Positions 50,694 to 64,000 of a stretch of DNA of 64,000 nt are shown here, in pieces (the first letter of the stretch is position 1; the number at the start of each line of letters is the position of its first letter). The stretch covers positions 697,949 through 761,948 of the forward strand of contig OZ287698.1 in the NCBI GenBank assembly GCA_965649825.1. Reading direction: 5' to 3'. This stretch comes from Penicillus capitatus. Lineage: Eukaryota; Plantae; Chlorophyta. Position numbers and translations under genes: made by a program. The notes under the pieces were generated by a model that was not told the origin of the DNA, ran no database searches, and was given only the letters and a program-made list of their open reading frames with translations.

Positions 50694-51730
50694 GCGTGAG
50701 AAGCCGATCAGATTCAGGAAACACGTTTATCGATGCGCGACAAGATTCCGCTGCAAAACGCGACTTGAGCGTCCTTCCATCTCTCTTGTCGTCGATTTCA
50801 AGATTAATGATATCATCACTTGCTTCTCTCCCACGTGACGATACATATTCCCGTCAAATCAGCGTGGTCGAGAAAAGCGTATCAAATCTGAGGCACATAG
50901 GCCGAGAATCGACTGCCACGTGTGTTCACGCTGCCCACGAATGCGGACGAACTTGGGCGATACCCGTTGAAGAAACGGACAGTTCCGAGACAGGGAGCAC
51001 ACAGCTTTGGTGCTTCAATTGGTTTTAGAGCAAACTTCATTGACAGTAGCGATTGTATCGGCCTTCGGGTCGGCGAAGAGAGTTCGAATTTACCAGTTTC
51101 GCCTGCGCTTTAAGCGGACAAGTTTACCGACATGAAAAATCGACACGTGTCCCCAGTCACATCATTCCAATCAGTATGCTAGGTCATCTGATCCAACAGC
51201 AGATAGGTTCGTCCTCTTCCTTCACCCATCGTTCACGGGCTTGTTATCTTTGGATTTCTCATTCGGTGCCTTCTTGTTGTCTTTTCTGTCGAAGCAAAGA
51301 AAAACGGATCCAAATGGACGGAACCATCTTCCATGCGCCCTACTTTACGGAGATGCCTGCGCCGCCTCCCGAGGTCGCCAGGAACGAGCGAAACAGTGGT
51401 GAATTCACGTCGTAAACCATAATTTCCTTTCGGCGCAAGTGTCAGCTTCCTTCGGTCTATGACAAATGTGACGGCAGAATCGGCGCGGAATGTCAATTGG
51501 GCTTAAATGCCGAGCAGTTATTGCATGAGCGAAAAGATCGATTTTCCTTTCGCGCGATGACCATCGGACACTGCTAGAGCATCATAGTGTCTGCGGTTAT
51601 ACTATTGACTCAACCCAAACGTGCCTTGAGCCCTACGGATTACGCGTCTGCAACCTTTTCGTCGGCGACCTGTCACTTAAGCGCCACGTCTGCTTTACGT
51701 TTGAAACCGGTTTGGTCCTTTGCTGCGACA

Positions 51731-54700
51731 ATGCAGCCAGTCGTCTCTATGGCGCGGCGCTCTCCGTTGTGTCTGCTACTCGTTATCTGCATCTTCTTGC
51801 GCCAAGCCTCCTGTCAAAGTATGTATCCATCAACAGTGAAGTTTGTTGGGTGCAGTGACGCGTCACAGATGTTTGCGATTTATTCGTCCAGAATAATATT
51901 CTGACCGTCGACGCGCAGACGGTGGACGACATCGACGCAACGGATTCGTCATTTCAAGACGTGGTCGAGTGCTTAAGCGCGGGCGCCATTATTCGATTCG
52001 CCACAGAGAGATTTTCGGTCGGTGAAACGATAAGAATCGATAAGGACATCTCGATTACATCGACCCATCGCAAAAGGACCTCCATAGCCTGCAACGAACA
52101 ACCCGTTTTCGACATCAGGTCAACCCCTGGCCTGATACGCAGGGTAATAATATCGTGTGTATGTAGGGGGAGAGCAACAGTTGATATCTCAGGGATTCGT
52201 ATCAGAAAATGCGAACTGCAAAGCGCCGACGCTCCAATCATCATCGGTTCGGGATCGACTGTCAATCTTCGATCTATAGAGTTCTTTCGGAATACAAACG
52301 ACGAAGGAACCAGTGGCATTCGGGCTCTGGACGAATCAAGCATCACTATTGAAAATTGCGAGTTCCTGGAGAATCAGGGAGCATCGGGGACAGTAGTCCT
52401 CGAGAATGCAAGTAGCCTCACTGTTTCTGGATCAGATTTCATGGGCAACACCGCGACAAACACGGAAAATGGGGGTGGCGTCTTCTCTGTTCAGGTGTGT
52501 TCGTGCACGATGCCGGCTCTGTTGTGGATGTGCGATGTGCATGTAGAGTGAGGGGGTGTCGACGACAGTCGTTGTTAAGAATGATAGCACATTCATCAGG
52601 AACGAGGCTGTCGGAGGAGACGGAGGCGTTTTTTATGTTTCTGGGGATGATGGCATTGCTTTCACCATCGAAGACACGGTCTTCAGAAAGAACATGGCAG
52701 GAAGGCGCGGAGGCGCCGTTTTCATATCCGCAGGCGGCGATCTGATCGTCAGGGATGCATTCTTCGTCGAGAACGAATCGAATCGTATTGGTGGCGGCGC
52801 TATCTTTGCAAAGGTCCGTTCCCTCCATCACCTCATCTCTATTCAGTAAAGCGTATTCGGATGGCAGGATGCAGAAGGGAATGAGACGCTAGACATCAAG
52901 ATTTCAAGCACGACTTTTGCCCAGAACGAGGCCAAAGGTTACCTTGGCTCTGGTGGCGGCATACGCCTTCAAGGGAAAAACGTCGACTGCGCAATCACCG
53001 ATTCCGTCTCTTTCGCCCTCAACACAGCGGATCTCGACGGTGGAGGCATGCATATCTCCAATCAAGCAACAGCAGACATCAATGGTTCTTCGTTCGTCGG
53101 CAACGAAGCTTTCAACGGCGGCGGCGCTGCCCTGTTCGTTCTGGTAGGGGTACTTTCCTCAAGGAGTGTTTCATTGAGACCTTACTGATGATGTGACAGT
53201 CATTGCAACAGAACCGGGCGCTTACCATGGATGTCGTTATCACGGATACGGCATTTCTCTTCAACCGAGCATTGTATAGTGACCGAGGGGGATGCATCGG
53301 TGTTGCAGGTTTTGGATCAAATGTGACAATTACTGACTGCATTCTCAGTGACAACGATGGTGGGAGGGGAGCTGGAGGAGCAATCTATGTCTTTGGCGGC
53401 CCCGTCGTCAAAATCAAGGGATCCGCGTTCGAGAGGAACAAAGCTGAACGGGGAGGGGCGTTGTATGCTGAGGTAGACAACTGCACATCCACCGTCTCAT
53501 TGATTTGCATGTGCTCTAGAACGATGCCCTATACGAAATAGAATCGTCTGATTTCATAGAGAATTCGGCAGGAGAAGGAGGTGCCATGCACGTCCGAGGC
53601 GACGTGGATATCACCATGGACGGCTGCACATTCGAAAGCAACAAGGCAATAACAGAAGGAGGCGCCATCAAAGTTCGAAACTTCATCTCAGCTGGAGACG
53701 AACTGGCGCGATTCCGAATGACGAACAGCATTGTCGTGGAGAACGGAGCTGGCACCAACTTGTTCGAAGACAGACTTTATGGAACGGAGACAGAGGGAGG
53801 GGCAATCTTGGCAGAAGGTAGTGGGATCGAACTGGAGTTGGAGAACAACACGTTCAAGCGGAATCTGGCCTCGAATGGAGGCGCTCTAAGCATCTATGCC
53901 GTTGCCGACTGTAACATTGACAATGGCAACAAGTAAGCATGGACTGAGATGATGACAGATGCTGAGAGATGCCACAGGTTTGTGGACAACAAGGCAACCT
54001 TCGGCGGCGCCATTTTCTTGGTTGTCGACGAACAAGTCGATCCTATCCGGCGGAATGAGTACCGCGTTGCTGGTACCGTTTTCCGAAATAACAACGTCGA
54101 GTTCGAAGGCGGGAGCATCTATGTCTCAAGCACTCGGACAGAATCCAATTCAGTATCATTGAATGCACGCAGTTTCCTTCTGCTCGTAGAGGGTAGTAAT
54201 TTCACGAACAACACGTAAGCCATCCATTCATGCCGCTGCTTCTACCGAATACCGATCATGACAGGGCAAGACATGGTGGTGGTGCGTTGTCGATGGTCGG
54301 CTCAGCCGCCAAAGTCCACGGCTGCACATTCGAGTCAAACATAGCAGTGGCGAATTCAACCAGCCAGGCAACTCCGTTTCTTGGCTACGGTGGAGCCATA
54401 AACATCCAGACGGGTTCCTCAGTGGAGTGCAAGGGCTCAGAGTTTCTCTCGAACAGAGCAGACGTCGGCGGGGCAGTGCTCGTCCGAGATGGTTCGTTCG
54501 AAGGAGAGGCCGTGAACTTTACCAGGAATGCCGTTCAACCCAGAGGCGTTGGCGGCGCTGTGGCAGTAGAAATCTCCAGAGGAAAAGACATCCCAGTTCT
54601 CAACAGCGCCAATCGAATACGCAACATCGTCTTCCAGTGTCAATTCTGCAATTTTAAAAAGAATAACGGTTCACTTGCTGGAGGTCTGTTCGATCATACC

Positions 54701-57700
54701 TACATCGATGTCTGATGATGGCTGTTTGGACATCTAGGTGCAATGCATGTCCATGATATGGATCCTGGTGGAACTTACGGAGAGGACAACGAGTTGAAGA
54801 TTGATGGATGTACATTTGACAATCAGAATACATTCCGGACTCCAGAGAACGAGCTGACCTGTCCTACTTACTTCCGTTTTTTAAGAAGAGTGAATGCTCG
54901 GTCCGTTCGCTTCAAAAACACGACCTTCACCGCAAACAGAGCACGAGCAGGCGGCGCCATCTTCACAAATAACTTCACGATGATCAGCATTCTTCCAGAC
55001 CTGCAGAATGATGCAAACCCAGATGTAGACAACTCGCTGGGATACGCCTTGACAAAAAATGAATCTCAGCTCGGAAACTCATCCGTGTTTTTCGAGAAGA
55101 ATGTCGCCGTCAATAATGGATTTGGCGATGACGCTGCATCAACGCCAATCACAGCATTCCTTTTCAATTTGGATGACGAAGCGCACCAGAGAACTGAAGG
55201 CTTCACAAACAGCTCATTTCTCAGTGGTGATCGGCTTCGTTTCAACATCGAATTCAGAGATGGGATCGAACAGAATGTGACCTTTGCCGATAATCTCACA
55301 GCATACATCAGCTGCGACGATCGATTCACGAGTAAACAGTCAAACTGTGCGCAGCTGGAGATCTCTGGACAAGAGACTGCTCAGGCAAATGAAGATGGAA
55401 CGATGAACTTCACTGCTGTTCGACTCCGAGGTTTGAGGGATCAGACATATACCCTACGCATCGATTATCGCTCGACGTCTGAGATGCAGACACTACATGT
55501 GAATCCGTCCTTCATCAAAGTGACGATGAGGCCGTGCAAGATCGGCGAGAAGACAGTTAGTAAAGAGGGCGAAAGACTGGAATGCCGAGAATGCGGCCAA
55601 GGAGAATTTCAGTCATTTCCAAAGCGGGACTTCTGCTTGCCATGCGTGGAGTCTGAAAACCATACTATGTGTGACGGCCAGACAATCGTTCCACATGATG
55701 GTTACTGGCACGCATCATCATTTTCGTTCATTGCCCATAAGTGCATCGGGCACGAAGCCTGCAGATCTACTAGAAAGGGCAATCAAACTCGAGCAGAAAA
55801 GCTTCGAGCGAATGCTGTCAAAGAACACAAACTGGGAAAGGCTGTTCAGTACAGTTCGGATGACAGTAACCTGCAATGCAGAGAGGTTGGATACATCCCC
55901 ATGTCTACTGTGCTATACCTTCGTTTGCCATGCAGGGATATCAAGGTGTTCTTTGTGGCAGATGCGTAAGTGACTATGGAAGAGAAGGAAACATCTGTCG
56001 AAAGTGTGCCTCTCCTGCGTTGCGTGCCTTTTTGATGGCCATGATAATCCTGTGGTCGTTTGTCTTTCTTTCATGCTTCATTAGATCTGTCTTACAGCTA
56101 GCCACCCGTATCAAATTCAACAAAAGGTTCAACGATGCAAGAAAAGGAAAAGAAAGTATGCCTGTTAAAATGCTTCTGACCAGCCCGATCCTGTCCGTGG
56201 AATACTAGGCTCAAGCGGTGGAGATCTAAACGCACAGATCGAGATGATGCATGTGGCCACGACGTCGACTCCCGAGATATCCGATTTGTCAGGAGGTGAC
56301 ATCCAGAATCGGGAAGTGGGTGAGATACATGAAACCCCTGCTCCGTCAACAAGCGCGGCGGTGGAACCAAAAAGAATCACCATGGAGAGAGTGAAGAATC
56401 TGAGACCGAGTTCATTGGGACAGAATCAGGAAAATGCAGCAACGAGTGTGCCAACGAGACGAATCGGACGCAGGGGTCGACTGATCAAGGCACTCCATGT
56501 GCTTCTCGATCCCAATGCGTCCATGGATGATGTCGAGCCTCTGACTCTGGCAAACCCAGTGTCCGAAATCCTCAAGGCACGGCAACTCCCCTTCCCTCTT
56601 CCTCCGCTTCACCGCATCTGTATGTTACGACGTAGATTCTCGTCAACTTTCTTCAGGTGACGGCGGTAGCGGTCTCGATCAATGTCGACTGGGAGCAGTC
56701 TCTGAGAAGGACACTCTTCGCCATGGGTAAAAGCACATACAGCCGAAAGCACATCTCCTGTAATCTCTTGTCTACCAGGCGCACTTGGCAATCTCTCCTC
56801 CGGCACTGGGTACCTGTCGCTCGATTGCTATCTGAGTGCGAACGGCATGCCAAAATCCCTTCGCCGACTGACCATCGCCATCCTCTATCCCCTCCTCATG
56901 CTCATCGTTTACGTGGTCCTGTGGGGATGCTATGCCTTCGTCCGACGAAGAGGCAAACAGTGAGTGCACAGTGCCTACACGTACTCTCTCAATCTCGCTC
57001 TTCTGATCTTAGGTACCTCAGTCAGCGGATCCTGTTGACCTTCTTGGCGATCAACTATTTCTTCTACATCGGCATGACGAAGAGCCTGCTGCGATTCTTC
57101 GCCTGCACTCGGGTCTCGGATGACAGAGAGGACAGCGACTGGAGTCGGTATGTATGGGAAGAGGATACAGAGGTTGAGTGCTACGAGGGCAAACACGCTT
57201 TGCTTGTTGGCCTGCTCGTCGTTCCCCTTCTCCTTGCCGTCTCTTTCGGATATCCAGCTGGTGTCTTTACCATCTTGTGGCGCAGCAAGGATCGCCTGAA
57301 CGACGAAGACTTCGTTCAGACATATGGTTTTCTTTACAAAGCCTATGACAGGCATTACTGGGAAGTCGTCATTATGGTCCGAAAAGCGGCCGTTGCGACT
57401 GTTGCTGTGTTTTCTTACCGCTTAGGATCGAATCTCCAAGGTCTGTTGTGCGTTCTAGTGATCGGCATTGCTCTGTCCGTACATCTGGTCTTGCAGCCAT
57501 TCACTCAGGATATCCCACAACTCAATCACCTGGAGACATGTTCCCTCTCGGCCACAGTTGTCGTTTTCGTTGTCGGACTCATGATGAATGACAACGCAGT
57601 CGAACCTAGCGGCCGCGTACTTCTGAGCGCGCTTGCTGTTCTGTTTCTCTGTTTCACCCTTGTCGTCCTCCTTACCCAACTAATGTTCGCCGCTGAAGAG

Positions 57701-57916
57701 TTTATTGACATGAAGCTCATTGAACTTGATGCCATGGAGGTTCAGGAAGTGATCGACTCTCGTTTGTCTAAAAAACTGGAAGCTTTGATAGAGCATTACT
57801 GGAAGATCGCCCTTGAGGCGGCTAAGACCTTCAAAGCGCTGACGCGCAAGAGGTTTTGCTGTCACAGAAGATCTGGAAATGCAACACGCAGCCCGGTTCA
57901 TCATTCTAACGTTTGA
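51731..57916 (+). CDS. Large surface receptor-like protein, copy B (paralogue of 21735-27859)
   Basis: Same domain order and intron positions; signal ARRSPLCLLLVICIFLRQASC; GC-donor intron 56577-56635; needs an extra intron (56156-56208) or contains a frameshift. Confidence 0.85.
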
Positions 57917-60092
57917 GACAAGCTTCTTCGATTGATCTGATTGTTTGCTCTGTATGTTGACCCACTCATTGTTTGCGTCTTACTCTTTTACATCGCAGGG
58001 TCCGTTTGTCCTTTGTTACACACTAAGCACACTAAAATCCACAACATTTCTCAATTCGATCATTGATGAGTGCGAGTCAAGTACCCATGTCCTGATTCGA
58101 ATTCTCACTCCAACCACAACACATAAGGCACACATGGAAACTATCGTGTTTTTAGTGGCTCGATCTTTCTAATTCAGTCCAATTCAAATCGTTATCGTAT
58201 GTCACACTGCTTCTATAAAGAAGCTTGTCAGCTGTCTGTTCTCTTTAAGTGTCATAAATGTTAAGCTTTATTTGCATTGCAGTTTGTCATGTCCACTTTA
58301 CAAATTAGACAAGCACAGCTCTTGCTTCATTTTTGTTAATTGCTGGACCGCATTTGTGACTTTCGGTACTTGGTTGTCGACTGGGTACGTAGGAATCTCC
58401 ATTTCTTTATTAACCGTTTGCTGACAACCTAATTTCAAGACGACATCACAATTGATATTATTTTCATAGAACTGACTTTTTTATTTTACATTAGCATACC
58501 ACTGAATGTATTGTGGTTTGCTGTCTGACAAAACTGACACGACCTTTCTCGATATAATAAACAAATCACCATCCCAATTGAGATGAAATGAACGCAAGAT
58601 GGCAAGCGCTTCTCTTAAACACACCTATGGATGCAGCAGTCTTTAGCCAGGAAAAACTAATTTCGTGTTTAAGAGAATGGAGGAGTAATAGACTGGGGCA
58701 AGATTTTGAGCCAAAAGGAGTCATTTTCTTTTCATATCATTGAATGTCCACAATCGTTCGCATCAAATCTAAAAACATGAGGCGCAAAGCAGCCATGATT
58801 CTATGCCTAGGAACGAACGAATCATGCTGCAATCCTCGAGCTGATAACGATCACGTTACATTTATCAAAAAAACATCCGCATCGATCGGGAAAACGAACG
58901 GCTGAAGTAGAAACATTGCAAAATCTGTTTTGATGTTAATCAGAGGTTCCGCTAAAGTGAAAGTTGTGCACAATCGCATCTTGTTATGTAATCGTCATCA
59001 TTTAGTACATCGCGTTGTCACCGTTTCAACCTCATGTACATCGGTTCTACACATCCAACTTCGCAGTGTACTTCGTACCAAGCATGCTACAACTACCATG
59101 TGAACACTCAGCCGTTTACCATTCTTCTGCGTACATACAGGTTTTACCAGGTTGCGCTGATCCTCAATGCAGACATTATCATTTCCCAGTGTGAAGAACT
59201 CCCTTCAGCCGCCTCACGCTCCACATTCCCGAGGATATCCTCAGCGTGGACCTGTATCTTCCCCTCGCTGGCGCGACGGCGGAGGCGTTGTCGCGGGGAA
59301 TGAGCGCCCGAATCGTCTCCGGGTTGACTCATCTCACAAGCGCAGCGGAAGTCTTGGAGTCAGATGAGGATGGGAGAAAGCTCGGAGGCCACACCAACAG
59401 TTTTGCAGCAAAGAGCGACTTGTTACAACTGATGATAGACAGTGAATGTTTTGTAAGACAGAAACCGATTGTATGTGATTCACCAATGACAATAGAAACT
59501 CATGTGTCAAACGAGACGTTTCGTGTGTCTGAGCCTCGCTTAAATACTCAATCTCTGATGTGACGACAAGAAAAATCGATGAACTTCAAGAGTGAGTTCG
59601 CAATGAGATTCACATTGAGACTAAGAAATTCAATATGAAGTTCTTGAAGTTTCCTAGGAACTTCACAGGAACTCACTCCCAGTCAGTGTGACTTGTTCGC
59701 GACTCAGCGGCGACGGTTATGCCGCGCTATTAAAGACGCGAAAACACACACGGCAGAAATACAACCCATTACAGCACCGACCCATCACAGTTCTGTCAGC
59801 ATTGCGCCATTTCTTCACACCCAGCACATCGATGACCTCGTTCGGTGCCGCATTCTGTAGGCTCGGAAAGTGGATGATGAAGATTCCGAGATGGGAAAAT
59901 GTGCAGAGATGCGTTCCCTATGCTTAGTAGCCGAAATGAAAGCTGACATCCTGAGAGTGTATCTCATTTTGATTGGCATCTCTTTTTCGCTTGATTGCTT
60001 TTACAACTCCCTTTTAGAAAGATCGGCAGTGCGACTGTACAACATGAGGGTTTGTAAGATCAATGTTCAGGATCATAAACTAGACAATGACG

Positions 60093-61770
60093 TTAAGTCT
60101 CGATGTTAATATTGGTCCCCCATTGGCGGCTCTCAGTGTTCCATTTCCTCGCGATGGTTTCCACGAACTCTGAGAGTTCCTTAGCGTGATCAAATATTCT
60201 GGTGAGTGTAAGGGGTCCCTCAAGTTGCTGCATCAGTGTCCGTCTTGATGTCCCAAACCGCGGGCACTCGAACAGCAGATGGTCTCGGTCTTCTTGGGAA
60301 TGTCCGCACTCACAGTGTGGAGCTGTCTCCGAGATGCCAAAGCGCTTCATATACTGTCTGCTTGGAAAGTGGTTGGCTGCGAACTGACTGAGGCGTGAGG
60401 CTCGAGCTCGGTCGAGATACTTCCCGGGGAACCGACCTCGGTGGAAGTCCAACAGGTATTGGGTCAGGTGCTGGCTCTGTTCTCGCTGCTTGATCTCGCG
60501 TAGGGCTTCCTGATTGAGGTGGTTAGCGATGGTTCTCTTGACCCAGGCGCCAGATGGGGGATCCCTTCGGTGTTCCCTCTCCTTCTGCTGCAGCAGCCGT
60601 TGTCGCTCGTTTCTTTACTGCCATCCATGAGCTGAGACCCGGAGTCCAGTTTGTATTGGCCTAGAAGCAGGTGTGCCTTGCGCACCGCCAGTCCAGAAGG
60701 ATTCTTTCTATTTCAACACAGACTTCGCTGACATTGCTCCAGCTTAAGGCGGTCACTCTCGAGCGTTTCGAGTCAAGGACAATGCCGAGAGTCTGCTTTT
60801 GTGAAGGCGGATGTGCTCGGGTGAGTATTCGGAGTTGATCAAGTCCATGGTAGAGACCGGTGAGGAGCGAGGTTTCTTCATCGGCCCAGCCTGGGTCACA
60901 CCAGGTGTCACCGTGTTGATTGCTTCTCTGTGAGAGACTCTAGCTGGTTCCAAGTCGGTTTTTTGGTCGGTCTTTGTGTTTTGCTACCAGAAGTAGCCAG
61001 TCTAGTCTGTCTTCTTCTGGGGGTGGGTTTGTGCCAGAGATCCAGCCTAGGCAGTGCGAGGCAATCGGGCTCCAGGGCAGTACTTTTTGTGGGATGAGTT
61101 CCAATGGCCTCCGGGGTACTGAGCGGAGCCATCGCGTCCAGGCTATTCTTCTTTAACATTGGCCTACCGAGAGTTCTAAGCGAGCTGAGGCGAATCGGAC
61201 GCCATCCTTTTTGTGTCTTCTCTTGGAGTCGAAGTATAGTGCTTGCTGGATGGTTTGTTGAGTGGGCGGCCGGATCCCAGCCAGAGCATAGGCAGCCGGG
61301 TATGATGTTGTTCGGAAGGACCCCGCCAGGAGCAGGCAGGCCTGCCTCATTACCTTCTCAATCGGAGCAAGTTTCCTGGTATTGTATGCAATGCTCTGCC
61401 AGACTTCTACCCCATGGTAGCCGGTTGGTTCGATCACCCCGATGATTAGTTTTACGACGGTTTCAGGGAGCATTCCTTTGAAGGGCCTGTCATTCTTCGA
61501 ATAAGCTCCAGCCGGGCACGGGCTTTTCTAGTAGCGCTGTGGACCTGAGGCTCCAGGAAAGAGTCTCGTCCATCCAAATACCGAGATAGAGTACTGCCTG
61601 TTTTTGGGGCAGTTGGTGCCCTCGGATGTAGAGGGGCCGGGGGTCCGTGCGTTTCTTCCAGCGTGTAAATCTGATCTGGAAGCCCTTTTCTGGCGCAAAA
61701 ATGAGGCCTCTTTCCTGTGCTCAATCAGACAAGCCGTCCAGTGCTTTCTGCAGCTTTTGTTGAACCTCAT
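60093..61770 (-). mobile_element. Decayed 5'-truncated non-LTR retrotransposon (LINE with RNase H remnant and CCHC finger)
   Basis: RT-thumb-like region (ARARLELIRR...YHGVEVW...AGSFRTTSYPAAYALAGIRP), broken RNase H (VSAHG..*RNER), and C-terminal CECGHSQEDRDHLLFECP; several frameshifts. Confidence 0.85.
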
Positions 61771-61912
61771 TCTCAGTGGACGCTGTCGTCAACGAGGTAC
61801 GAGGAAGATCAGGAGTTACAAAAATCGTACAAACGGAGACATCATTCCCATCTAAATATGTCTTATTCGCAGTCAGATCACACGCTACCCTGCGCTGTAA
61901 ACTCCGACATGT

Positions 61913-64000
61913 TCATTTTCCAAATGAAATGAATGGCTGCGGCGAATCTATATGCATTCGAATTGTTTTTCCCTGATCACTGTCGCAAACTTCGCGAATG
62001 TGTGTTGAAACTCTCCTTGTAACTTCATACGGCCCCTGCCAAAACGGATCGAATTTCTTATCCACTGCTTCAACAGTCTCGTGATAGAAAACCCATACTT
62101 TCGATCCTACAGGGTAAAGAGATTCTTCTTTCTTCTGCTGTTCTGTCATCTTCCTTTTTGCTTCTTCGAAACTTTTCTGAATTTGCATGCGGGCGGTTCT
62201 TGATTCCTCCTTCACTTCGCTCAGATCTTGTCCTTGTTGCCATACATCGTTGGGTGAGTATCGTGTGCCCTCGTGTGGCGTTTCGTTAATTGCTTCTACG
62301 CCTTCCGACAACACAGTCGTCCAGTTGAGTCTCTTCCCATCGGAAACCCTCATCCGTCGGATCCGGTCGATCAATGTCTGGTTGAAACGTTCTCGCAGAC
62401 CGTTCGATTTGTGCGAATGCGCCGGGGCCATGACGAGATCGGTGTTCATTTGTGCCAGAAATCTCCCGAATGCACTAGATCGGAAATATGAGGCTGCGTC
62501 ACACATTAGTCGCTTGATAGGACCGAATTCCTTCACGAAATCAGCGAGACATTTCACGGCCGTGGCAGTGTTTGAACGGCAACACTTTCTCGCCACGCCA
62601 AAACGACTCAGATGGTCCACGATAGTGAAGATATACCGGACATTGCCGGGGCCTCTTTCCAGTGGGCCAATAAAGTCACAACTCACGACGTCACGCACGT
62701 CATTGATCCCTTCCATTCGTCCCGGGGCAGCCAGCTTCGGTCGCTTGAACTGCTGACAAGCGCGGCAATCCCTCACGTACTGGCGGATTTTCTTCCACTG
62801 CACGTCACCTCCGATCTTCCTTATGCGCTGCTGTGTCTTTTGAACGGAGAAATGGCCGCGGTGGCCCCATTTCAGCAACTCGTCGTCCGACATCTCGGCT
62901 GCTGACTTGGACTTCGCCGATGCCACTTGATTGTACAGCGAAACAAAAAGCTATGGGAGACGGCTGAGAAAAATCTGGCAAGATATTAGACTTGCCTGGA
63001 ATGAACCTGATCTCTGGGTTGTGCTCAAGGATGATGTCAAGTCTTCGCTTGACGAAGTCGCTCGTGTTGTCAGCATTCATGAGGCTGCAGACCGCAGAGT
63101 TGTCGGAGAGGATGGCGACTCTTTGCCAGAGGGTGTATGGCCGGAACTTCGTCAACCCCTTGACTATTGCTTCGACTTCCAAACGATTGGATTTCCAGTG
63201 TCTTTGCTCGGTTCTCCATGTCCCTGACGCGCAACAGATGATGCCACATCCTTTCTGCAGGAGCACCGCTTCCCATCCCACAGTCGACGCATCTACGCCG
63301 ATCATGAACTCCTTGTGTTCTCTGGGATGCATGATGGACGTTGCATGCTTCTCCAAGCATGCAAGGAACGCTTCCCAATCTGCTGGCGAGTTTGACTGCT
63401 GGGCCACATCGAGAGCGCTTACTGTCTTCTCGCCGTTCGCCACAAAACGCGCAAGCTGATTGAGCCAACCCTTGACTTGCCTCCATTCTTTGGTGGATGA
63501 TGGCGGCGATATGTGTCGAAGCTTCCCGAAGACCTCTGTCTCCGGCCTCCATCCATCGCCATTGAGCCTCATACCCAAAAAGGTAAACTCCTGCTGAAGA
63601 AAGACGCACTTCGATTTCTTGAGTCGCTATCCATAGTGCATCAGCTCGGAGAGTATTGTGGCCAGATCTCGAAGATGCTCCTCATGCGATTGAGACAATA
63701 GGAGCAAAATCATCTGCATACGAGATTAGCTGCGAAGAGATCCTTCCTCTGACTTTCGACAGCGTCTTGAAAAGTGCTCGTTGAAACTCGTAGCCTGAAT
63801 TGCAGTACCCGAACGGAAGGGTATTGTAACGGTAGAAACGCCCTCTGAGAGAGAAGCCTATCTCGATACCCTTTCCGAGTGGCACGTGATGGAATGCCTG
63901 GCAGATATCAAGCGACGATCCAACTGTGAATCTCTGTACGCCAGAAATGCAGTGCTCCCGGTTCTGTGCGATAAAATGTTCCTTCTGGATGTAGGCGTTG
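61913..64000 (-). mobile_element. Decayed Ty3/gypsy pol (RT-RH-INT), continues past the window end
   Basis: LPFGYCNS...YADD (frameshift and TAG follow), DASTVG...EVEAI...SDN, integrase GHRGH...CRAC, DFIGP, ERFNQTL. Distinct family from the intact element. Confidence 0.92.

Noticed and set aside
59034-59563. ORFs 59034..59303 and 59246..59563 as a gene
   Set aside because: Short, motif-less and in TE-rich intergenic DNA; insufficient support.
59637-59664. FRT-like inverted repeat GAAGTTC...TAGGAACTTC
   Set aside because: Spacing and core differ from FRT, it is a single copy, and no recombinase is nearby; probably chance.

Overview
Eukaryotic nuclear DNA with a very compact, intron-rich architecture (introns mostly about 42-64 nt, standard genetic code). 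Gene content (PPDK, plastid-type transit peptides) points to a green alga, possibly a siphonous ulvophyte; this is inference only. Two gene-dense housekeeping blocks are present. The first (1-21 kb) holds PPDK, WDR36/UTP21, an organellar helical protein, Gln-dependent NAD synthetase, DBP5, FIGNL1, a plastid membrane protein, an EGF-TM-RING ligase and a DRM1/ARP-like EF-hand protein. The second (39-48 kb) holds SMC3, a CPBP protease and a hypothetical gene. Two paralogous beta-helix/Cys-rich/multi-TM surface receptors (21.7-27.9 kb and 51.7-57.9 kb) sit next to retroelement-rich DNA. The standout is an intact, young Ty3/gypsy LTR retrotransposon (31688-38109; identical 156-bp LTRs; CCAG target-site duplication). 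Its ORF1 begins with a signal peptide and a degenerate Torsin/LAP1-like AAA+ domain plus hydrophobic segments, fused in frame to Gag, a zinc knuckle and the protease. Pol is predicted to be reached by a -1 frameshift at A-AAA-AAC. A diverged, decayed relative (49476-50693, minus strand) carries the same N-terminal module, so it is a family trait. Decayed LINE and gypsy relics fill 60-64 kb. No tRNA, rRNA or CRISPR array was found. All domain assignments come from motif recognition by eye, not from database searches.
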